Source of the DNA: a virus
Reading direction: 5' to 3' (one strand)
Length of the DNA stretch: 64,000 nt
IMG/VR virus record: IMGVR_UViG_3300027714_000004
Location: 81,427 to 145,426 of that record
Shown here: positions 27,407 through 36,300 of the stretch, piece by piece
Position numbering within the stretch: the stretch's first letter is position 1
Layout: each line of letters starts with the position of its first letter
The notes under the pieces: model-generated
Told to the model about the DNA's origin: nothing
Seen by the model: the letters and a program-made list of their open reading frames with translations, nothing else
Databases searched by the model: none
Program-made: the position numbers and the translations under genes

Positions 27407-30400
27407 TGTCATACGGATTAAAAATTACGGGAAACGATGATGGCGGTAACTTCACGGTTGCCGACACTGATCTAGGCATGGTCAACTTAGTAGTTACCGA
27501 TGTCGGTAGAGCATCGTCCTTCAATCTTGTAGGGGGTATTCAGCCGGGCGACTATATTTACGTGAGATATCCTTCTGCGCCTGGCGGTGGAGGGTATACT
27601 CCTATACAGATGGGAGAAGGTCTATCAGCGGTTCAGATAGATAGACCTTTAATCTATAATATAGATGCTGTCTTAGTTGCGGGTTCCCCTACCTCAGACA
27701 TGACCATAAACTTTAAAGGTTCCGCATGGAAGTGGCTTAATTCTCCTAATTCATATCAATCTGATACACTCTACACATACAATGATTTCGTAGTAGATAT
27801 GGATTACTTTGTAGTCCGTAAGGCTTCTACCATCAATGCACTGGGATTGGACACCTCAGAGGATTACGGTTTCCAACTACTCAACGTAGACAGTGTATCT
27901 GGTGCTAGTGAAATCGCACTTGATTCCAGAAGTTTTACCTCTGACAAAACCTTTTACATAGAAGGGTATCTGCCCCCAGACAATAACTTCGGCGAGATAA
28001 ATGGCAATTCTACCACGTTATCCTATACAGATGGTTGTTACGTCAATCTAGAATGGTCTGCCAGATCAGCGGTTCCTTTCTTTCCGTCCTTCGGAGCAGC
28101 ACCCCTTCTCGGACTTTCTATCACGGATACTATGGCATATAGTATTGACGGAGATACTACTATAGTAGGTGGTGGTGGAGAACCAGAATTACGAATCTGG
28201 TCTAGTTATAATGCAATATTTGCAGCTAAACTAGGAGCGGGTATATCTTCTTCCACACCACCCAATGAGTCAGGTGGTGGTACTGTAACTCCTCCACCAA
28301 CTGAACCCAACGAAATCACAGGTACAATCGACTACGTATCTGGAAACACTGTGACCGAAGGTAACACAATATCCTTTAACGCAGTAACGTCTGTATCATC
28401 CAATTACCACACTCGCGTCTTTAGACTGTCTGGGTCGGCAGGGGATGCAGGAAAAGATTTCAATACCGTAACATCTCCATTCACCGGAACCTCCCATACC
28501 GTGACGTTGAGCACATATGACACGAGCTCTGGTCAACAGACATTTAATAATATCTATAGTCAGGGTTATGTCGGAACTTACTCTAGAGACAGAGTATCTG
28601 CCTACACAAGAGAAGTAGCAGCTTCGTATAGTAGAACCTTCGTTGGCAACTTCATTGGTAACTATTCAGGTACTACTTCTTACCAGACCGACTTCTCTAG
28701 TAACTATAATCAAACGGTTGATTACACAAGAACTATTTCGCGTACCGAATCATTCATCGGTAACTATTCACGTTCGAGATTAGCGGTATCCACACGAACT
28801 TCTATATACTCTAGAAATATATCGTATACCGGAAACTTCCTAGGGAACTATGCAGGAGCATACTCAAGAACTCGTACAAAAACTTCCTCCTACACCAGAG
28901 ATTTTTCTAGGACGGACTCATATACGGGTAATTATGAAGCTTCGCGGGTGCTTTATGAAGGTGGTGATGAAGTTACCTTCCCACTATTCTTCGTTTCATA
29001 TTACTCTAGAGTCAGACCCTCTTCATTTGCGGGTACCTACACACGAAATAGAGCAGACAGTAATTCATACACAGGGTACTATAGTAGAACCAGTACCAGA
29101 ACAGTACCTGCTTCATATCTAGGAACGTACAGTAGAAACAGAGTAAGTACATATGCTAGGTCTAGAGCAACCAGTGGTTCCCAAGTATTGACCTTCAATG
29201 GTACATACACTCGATACTTTTCTGGTGCTTACAGTCGGACAGGTTACTATTCAGGAGCATACACAGCATTTTATACCGGAAACTTTGGGCAGACAGCAGA
29301 TTACTCTAGATTTCGTCAAGTATCCTTTACAGGAAACTATAGCAGGAACGTTACATCTACCAATACCTTCTCTCGTAGTTTCACTAATACTACCCCGTAC
29401 TCGTCGGCGTATAGTCGTACGACCACGGGTACCATTACGGATCCAGCGTCCACGAGGAACGTTAATTACTCTAGGTCTTTCGTAGGGGACTATGCGAACA
29501 CTGGTACCTTTATGGGTAACTTTGTAGGAAACTACCTTAGGTATTTTACAAGAAACGTAGGTTACGCTAGAACCACCGTTGGATATCAGTATCTCCCAAC
29601 TCCTAGAACCTACTGGTACGAGTATCCACATGCAGAACAGATTGACGAGCCAGGGGGCCCTCCCGCTATTCTCCTACGACATATCGTAGTTTATGTCGGT
29701 AACGTAATTGTTGCAACAGGAATATCTTCGAGCCTTAATCCCACAACATATCTTTTATCGGGTGGTGTATATTACCATAAAGGTTCTCTTAATTATTCTT
29801 CAGCAGGTGATCAGACTTACTTTAGTATTGGTCAGAGTCTTGATGGTGGGCCACCGTCAGCGGGAACATCGTATTACACTAGAACCGGATACTATGCAAG
29901 TTCTTACGCGGGTGCCTATGCAAGAACATTTGCTGGGACTGGTACCTTTTCAAGATCTCGTCTAATGGAATATTCAAGAGTCGTTCCATATACTTTGGTT
30001 CGTACTAGTACCTATACTGGGTATTACTCTAGAAGTTATACCTCAGGCGCAGTGAGAACTGCTTCATATACTGCGTACTATGCTGGCACAGCATCATATA
30101 CTAGAAACCGTGCGGCTACCTACGGAGGAAACTACACGGGTGCTGCTGTAAGTTACATATATGATCCCGAATCTGGACAGTCAAGAGTTGTATCTCCATT
30201 CTCATCACGTCAACGTATTGCTTACTATTCGGGTACCTACACAAGAGGTCTTAGTTATAGCAGAAATAGACCAATGTCCTATGCAGGAGCATACACCAGA
30301 ACTAGCGCATACTCTGCAAGTTACGTAGGGAACTACAGCAGAACTTTATCGGATAGTTATTCGGGGACATATGCCAATACCTATATCGGTAACTATACTG

Positions 30401-31452
30401 GAGCATACTCTAGAACTATCACTCAAGGTACGACATTCACAGGTAACTATGCGGGTACAGGAACACAGAACTTCACGGGTACATATTCTAGATGGACTAC
30501 GAATAGCTTCACCCGAACCCGATTACATACTATTACCAGAACCAGTTCATACTCAAGAGGCCTTTCCTTCATAGGGGAGTATACCGGAATGTATACGCGG
30601 GATAGTGTGATAACTAGACCATCTACTCTGGACTACAATGGAATTGCAATATTCACAGAGAATTTTGCGGGAGAATACACCAGAAATAGTGGTAGTGGAT
30701 TTACGAAACTCTCTACGTATTCTAGAACAAATAGTTTTCTGGGTAATTATATCGGAAACTTTTCTAGAACAGAAACTGGTACTCCAGAGTCTACTAGAAA
30801 CAGAACCAGTTCATACACAAGGACTGGGGGAGCTAGTTACGAGAGAAATATAGTAGACAGTTATGTGGGTACATACATTGGTAATTACACGGGCGCATCA
30901 ACTCGCACACCATCCAATACTTCTGAGATTGGTTGGCAGGGAGAGAGGTTCGTTATCGAATTGAGAAGAGGTTCGGACGCTACTTCTATAGCTGCGGCAA
31001 GAGGGACTATACCAGCATTGGATTCAAAGGAGTTTACTCTTATTGATAATGATACTGGTCTATTTGTAGCTATGTCTCCTCAAGTGTTGCACCATACCGC
31101 AACCCAACACGAACTTGTATTTGACTTCTTCACCGAAGGTACGTCAGTGGTTCCTGCTAGAATTTATAGAGGTTCCTCAATACTAGTTAACTCGTTCAAC
31201 TTGGTATCTAATCAAAGAAATTCGGTGATGGTGAATGAAGTCCCACCGGAAGGTTCTAATTACATTTACACTCTGAAGGTGTTCGATGGTTCGAGTTGGG
31301 TATTGTCGTCATACTATCAGGTAACTAAAGTAACCGATACTGACTATACACCCCCAACAGATGGCGGTGGCGCCCCGACTCCGACCTATACTGCTCCCAC
31401 TCCTGCTTATTATACGGGTGGTACACCCTCACCACCAAGCAACGAAAATTAA
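27406..31452 (+). CDS. Giant fibre/adhesin with a mirror-complementary Y/F-S/T-R-G repeat hairpin
   Basis: MSYGLKI N-domain; split Calx-beta/Ig-like domain; about 790-aa insert with a central non-repetitive tip. Confidence 0.75.
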   Translation: MSYGLKITGNDDGGNFTVADTDLGMVNLVVTDVGRASSFNLVGGIQPGDYIYVRYPSAPGGGGYTPIQMGEGLSAVQIDRPLIYNIDAVLVAGSPTSDMTINFKGSAWKWLNSPNSYQSDTLYTYNDFVVDMDYFVVRKASTINALGLDTSEDYGFQLLNVDSVSGASEIALDSRSFTSDKTFYIEGYLPPDNNFGEINGNSTTLSYTDGCYVNLEWSARSAVPFFPSFGAAPLLGLSITDTMAYSIDGDTTIVGGGGEPELRIWSSYNAIFAAKLGAGISSSTPPNESGGGTVTPPPTEPNEITGTIDYVSGNTVTEGNTISFNAVTSVSSNYHTRVFRLSGSAGDAGKDFNTVTSPFTGTSHTVTLSTYDTSSGQQTFNNIYSQGYVGTYSRDRVSAYTREVAASYSRTFVGNFIGNYSGTTSYQTDFSSNYNQTVDYTRTISRTESFIGNYSRSRLAVSTRTSIYSRNISYTGNFLGNYAGAYSRTRTKTSSYTRDFSRTDSYTGNYEASRVLYEGGDEVTFPLFFVSYYSRVRPSSFAGTYTRNRADSNSYTGYYSRTSTRTVPASYLGTYSRNRVSTYARSRATSGSQVLTFNGTYTRYFSGAYSRTGYYSGAYTAFYTGNFGQTADYSRFRQVSFTGNYSRNVTSTNTFSRSFTNTTPYSSAYSRTTTGTITDPASTRNVNYSRSFVGDYANTGTFMGNFVGNYLRYFTRNVGYARTTVGYQYLPTPRTYWYEYPHAEQIDEPGGPPAILLRHIVVYVGNVIVATGISSSLNPTTYLLSGGVYYHKGSLNYSSAGDQTYFSIGQSLDGGPPSAGTSYYTRTGYYASSYAGAYARTFAGTGTFSRSRLMEYSRVVPYTLVRTSTYTGYYSRSYTSGAVRTASYTAYYAGTASYTRNRAATYGGNYTGAAVSYIYDPESGQSRVVSPFSSRQRIAYYSGTYTRGLSYSRNRPMSYAGAYTRTSAYSASYVGNYSRTLSDSYSGTYANTYIGNYTGAYSRTITQGTTFTGNYAGTGTQNFTGTYSRWTTNSFTRTRLHTITRTSSYSRGLSFIGEYTGMYTRDSVITRPSTLDYNGIAIFTENFAGEYTRNSGSGFTKLSTYSRTNSFLGNYIGNFSRTETGTPESTRNRTSSYTRTGGASYERNIVDSYVGTYIGNYTGASTRTPSNTSEIGWQGERFVIELRRGSDATSIAAARGTIPALDSKEFTLIDNDTGLFVAMSPQVLHHTATQHELVFDFFTEGTSVVPARIYRGSSILVNSFNLVSNQRNSVMVNEVPPEGSNYIYTLKVFDGSSWVLSSYYQVTKVTDTDYTPPTDGGGAPTPTYTAPTPAYYTGGTPSPPSNEN

Positions 31453-31477
31453 TTTGAAAATCTATTGTTAAAACTGT

Positions 31478-31485
31478 TATAAATA
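31478..31485 (+). promoter_or_regulatory. Late promoter TATAAATA
   Basis: Exact intergenic consensus. Confidence 0.75.
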
Positions 31486-31514
31486 GTATAATGAAAAATG
31501 TAAGGTAACCCCTG

Positions 31515-31994
31515 ATGAACTTGAAACTTGTAGTATATGTAACAATCGATACTGGAAAGATATCTAGAATCGCATTACCCAACCATAATATAGATGCCGA
31601 AGGTGTCTCTGAAGATGGAACTTTGCGTATTATCCATATACATGAAGGTAATGTACCTGAAGGATGTAATGATCTAAGATACTTCCTAGACTATCACTGG
31701 TACGACCAAGAGACCGAATCTTTTGAGTTTATCGGACTACCACCTAATCGTCATGCTGAATGGAGTTCTGCGGACGGTTGGACTTGGGACGAAGATCTAC
31801 TGTTGCAAGACATTCTCCTAGAAAGAACCAAATTCTTATTTGCCTCCGATTGGACTCAGGCATTAGACGTTCCCCTAACAGAATCCAAACTCCAAGAGTG
31901 GAGAGACTATAGACAGGCATTGAGAGATCTCTCGACTAATGTCGGAAGTGTGTCTTCAGTGTCAGAAGTTGTTTGGCCAACAGTACCGAATTAA
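31515..31994 (+). CDS. Tail fibre assembly chaperone-like protein
   Basis: R...L..SDWTQ..D.P......W..YRQALRDL...WP..P motif. Confidence 0.8.
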   Translation: MNLKLVVYVTIDTGKISRIALPNHNIDAEGVSEDGTLRIIHIHEGNVPEGCNDLRYFLDYHWYDQETESFEFIGLPPNRHAEWSSADGWTWDEDLLLQDILLERTKFLFASDWTQALDVPLTESKLQEWRDYRQALRDLSTNVGSVSSVSEVVWPTVPN

Positions 31995-32010
31995 ATAATA
32001 GGAATATACA

Positions 32011-33339
32011 ATGCTAGCCATCGTAAGACAAACAATGAGATCCCGTTTAGCAAAGGACTTATTACAAAGCGCCCAAGATATATCAAACCATTACTTTATT
32101 GGTATTGGTAAGTCTGACATTTTCAACGAGACCGACACAGTAATTGCTGCTGTCGACACGTCGAATGAAGAGAAAGAATTCAGAAACAATCTACAATCTG
32201 TTAAAAGTCTTGAAGCATCATCATTGGTGATCCCTCGTGTCAATTGGTCTAGTGGTTCATTGTACTCTGCTTGGTCGGATAAAGAGACTACATACCCATC
32301 CTATGTGATGAATGAACAGAAAGAAGTGTACCTTTGTTTGGCACAGGGTGGTACTAAAGATAATCCAAACTTGTCGACTGTATCTCCAAACTATGGTCTT
32401 GTTGGGCCAGATGCTTATCTAACTCCTTTTGTGACTTCTGATAACTATGAGTGGAAATATATGTTTTCGCTATCACCAGAACGAGTAGTTAGTTTCCTAT
32501 CTGCTAACTACATTCCCGTACTGGTATCAGACAAACTACCTGCCGAAGCAGGCCCATTCGAAGATCTATTGATCGAAGTTCAAGATTCTGCCATTCCAAG
32601 ACAATTGGTTTCCGTAGAGATTGTTGAAGATGGAACTGGTTATGTCGATGGAGACCTTCCATTAATCATCGATGGTGATGGAGCAGATGCTGCTGGTACT
32701 GTTACTATATTAGGTAATAAGGCAGTTAGAGTTACCATGACTAATCGTGGAACCGACTACAGACATGCGAGTGTCAGTATTGGCGGTGTAGGAACAGGAT
32801 GCGTATTAAGAGCTGTTCTATCCGATAGTAATGGACTGGGCAATGATCAGGCAAATGATTTTAAAACAAGTTCAGTTATGTTCACCATAAAACCAAATGG
32901 CGTTGAGGGTGATACTTTTATTGTAGAGAACACTTTCCGTCAAATGGGTTTGTTGAAAGATCTTAACAATTCTGCTGACGATACTCCGTTCATGGGTACG
33001 GGACTCAAAGTACTACCTTATGTAAGATTGACCGCAGCTTCTGGATTTACTTCGGGTAACCAAATTCAAGGTACCGATTCAAACGCAGTTGGGTACATTA
33101 ATGAATCTGTAAACAACAACGTATACTTCCACCAGAATGAAAGTACTGGATTTAAGTCTTTCACTATAGGTGAACAAGTCACTGAAATTGGTGGATCTGC
33201 TAGTGGTGTCGTCTCTCTTGTATACGCAGACAATGGCGTAGATCGGTTCTCTGGCGAAGTCCTATATATTGAGAACAGACACAGAATACAACGTGACGCA
33301 CAACAACAAGAAGACATTAAGTTAGTAATCACCGTTTAA
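32011..33339 (+). CDS. gp8: Baseplate wedge subunit
   Basis: IPRVNWSSG..Y, VYLCL, DNYEWKYMF and SGEVLYIENR..I.R...Q.EDIKLVI motifs. Confidence 0.85.
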   Translation: MLAIVRQTMRSRLAKDLLQSAQDISNHYFIGIGKSDIFNETDTVIAAVDTSNEEKEFRNNLQSVKSLEASSLVIPRVNWSSGSLYSAWSDKETTYPSYVMNEQKEVYLCLAQGGTKDNPNLSTVSPNYGLVGPDAYLTPFVTSDNYEWKYMFSLSPERVVSFLSANYIPVLVSDKLPAEAGPFEDLLIEVQDSAIPRQLVSVEIVEDGTGYVDGDLPLIIDGDGADAAGTVTILGNKAVRVTMTNRGTDYRHASVSIGGVGTGCVLRAVLSDSNGLGNDQANDFKTSSVMFTIKPNGVEGDTFIVENTFRQMGLLKDLNNSADDTPFMGTGLKVLPYVRLTAASGFTSGNQIQGTDSNAVGYINESVNNNVYFHQNESTGFKSFTIGEQVTEIGGSASGVVSLVYADNGVDRFSGEVLYIENRHRIQRDAQQQEDIKLVITV

Positions 33340-33354
33340 GGTTTAGGATTAATC

Positions 33355-36300
33355 ATGGCAGAATTTACAAATAAAACGTTCGAAGAAACATATCGCGATT
33401 TTTATAAGGCCGAAGACGGTTATCATAAGGTATTGTTTAACTCCGGACGTGCACTACAAGCACGTGAACTTATCGAGTCACAGACAATCATCCAAGAAGA
33501 GATTGCACGGTTCGGTCGTAACATATTCAAAGAAGGTGCTCTGGTAAATCCAGGCGGCGCCACCGTGAATAACCAACTAGAATATATTCGTCTAACGGCA
33601 GCTGCTGTTATCGATACGGACTTGGTGGGCAAAACGCTAACCAACGGAACTATCGAAATGAAAGTTCTAGAAGTTGTTGAAGCTGACCTCATTGATCCCG
33701 TTACTACTTTGTACGTACAGTACACAGACACATCTCTTATCGTCGATACTACTAAAGCACCTCGTGTATCTTCACTAGACATCTTGCTTCGCGTTGATGC
33801 TCTGACCACCACGGTTCTTACTGTCATTGATGATAGCAGTGATCCTATTCCTGCATCTGGACTCGGAACTAAAGCATACTTCTCTGCGGGTGACTTCTTT
33901 GTTCAAGGACACTTTGTCTATATGGAAGGTGGTAGTTCTTTCATCGACAAGTATAGCAAATCTCCTACAACTGATATTGGTTTCTTAATCGAACAGAATA
34001 TCATCACTGAAGGTGAAGATGTTGACCTATACGACAATCAGGGTCAGGTTCCTAACCAGACTGCGCCTGGCGCACATCGTTATCAGATCAAGTTGGTTCC
34101 TACTACTAGAGATCAAGTTCTGGTAGAAGAGAACTTTGTATTCATAGCACGTGTTGTTGACGGTGTCATTACTCGTGAAGTCAGTACATTCGACGGATAC
34201 AACCGAATCAATGACCTTCTCGCCCAGCGCACAAAAGAAGAATCTGGTAACTACGTTGTCGATGAGTTCAAAGCAATCTTTGAAGAGAATGTTCTTGACG
34301 ATACTCTACTCACCCTAGATGTGACCGAAGGTATCGCTTATGTTGATGGTTACAGACTAGAGATTGGTACGACTGATATTCCTGTTGATAAAGCAAGAGA
34401 TCTTATTACCAAAACAAACGAACCAGTACCTGCCGCATATGGTAACTATGTTTATATTGACGAGGCTGCCTCTGAAGGTTTTGGTCGATTTGACGAGTTC
34501 GGTTATGTAAGACTCAAGACTTCTTTAAATAATACCATAGGTTATGCTAACGTACGTGGCGTACAACGAGATGCAGTTGGTACAAGAGTATATATCTTCA
34601 ACATCCGTATGAATGACATTTTCGACGGTGGTACTGGTGACAAGATTGGTGTAGAGAGTTTCTCTAATGTTACTCAGTTTGATGATCCTTTCCCCGGCTA
34701 TGCTGGTACTCCTCCAGTAACAGTCTTGGTAAATAGTATTATATACGAAGCATCAGATAATAGCTTGTTGTTCCCTTTACCTAGGACTAGTCCTTCGACA
34801 ACCCCCTTCACTAGTAACTACACAGTTCAGCGATATACTAGACAGATTGCATCCGGTAGTGGTGAGATTAGTCTCTCAGGTGTTGAATCTACTGGATGGG
34901 TAATTTGTGAGACTGCTGGGCCAATCCTGGCTGTCTCTCCGAGCATATCGGGTACATATACCGGACTAACTCCTAACCTATCACACGATATTGCTTATTA
35001 CGTAGAACTCAGTAATGTCCAATCACGTACTAAACAAATTACTACGATAGAGACGGTGACATCTCTTCCAAGTGTAGACTATCAAAAAAGACCTATATTC
35101 ACTGGAGAGGTTGATGGTATCGCCCTACAATCTGTTAAGTTCCGAGACAGTGTTGCTACTGCTTGGGTAGATGCAGAAGACATCACTCACCAGTTCATCT
35201 TCGATGGTGGTCAACGTGATAACTTCTATGACCAAGTAGTTGTGTACCTTAAATCAGGATACTTACTCCCTACAGGAGCAAATCATGAGACACAGGCAAT
35301 CTTCACTCACTATGATCATCAAGACGACGGAGTGTACTTTTCGTCAAGTTCATATGTAGATGATACATATGAAACTATTCCAGACCATACTACTGCAACA
35401 GGTACAGTGATTTCTCTACGTGACGTATTGGATTTCCGTCCTACAAGAAAATTTACTTACACCGGAGAGTTTGATGTAACCGCAGAACTTCCTCAGAACG
35501 CGTCTGCTATCACGATCAACACTATACAATATTATCTATCTCGTATTGACATCCTCGTTGCCAATGCAACTGATAGTCGAGGAGAGATCGGATTTGGTGA
35601 GCTACAGGTTATTCGAGGGGAATCTAACATAGACCCACGTGAACCCGAAATACCAACGGGTTCTATGGCATTGTACAAGTTCCGATTGAATCCATATACC
35701 TTTAATTCATCTGATCTCGTAAGCACTTATATTCCAAACAAGCGTTTCACGATGAAAGATATCGGTAAACTGGAACGCCGCGTCGAAGACCTATACGAAC
35801 TGACCACGTTGAGTCTACTAGAGTCTAACACTAACTCATTGACTGTATTGGATGCCAATGGTAATGCAAGAACCAAAGCTGGTTTCATCGCAGATAACTT
35901 TAGCACATTCACTTTTTCTGATATTGATAATCCGCAATACCGAGCATCTATAGATCCACAGGGTCTATTGAAACCGTCATTCCGTGAAAACTCAGTTCGA
36001 CTGGCGTACAGTACCGACAATGTTAATGCTGTTGAGAAACATGGTGACCTAGTAACCCTACCATATTCGGATGCTCCTCTGGTATCACAGTTGCTTGCGA
36101 CCGATACTATGAATGTAAATCCATTTGCGGTTCTTACACAAACTGGACACATGGATCTTTCTCCATCTTCGGATGAGTGGGTAGAGACACGTAACCTACC
36201 AAATGTTATGCAAACTACGGTACGTCGATTCGAGACTCCACGTACACGTCCTGCTTTAAGGAATAATAGAAATAGTAACAACTTCACAAACGATGGTCTG

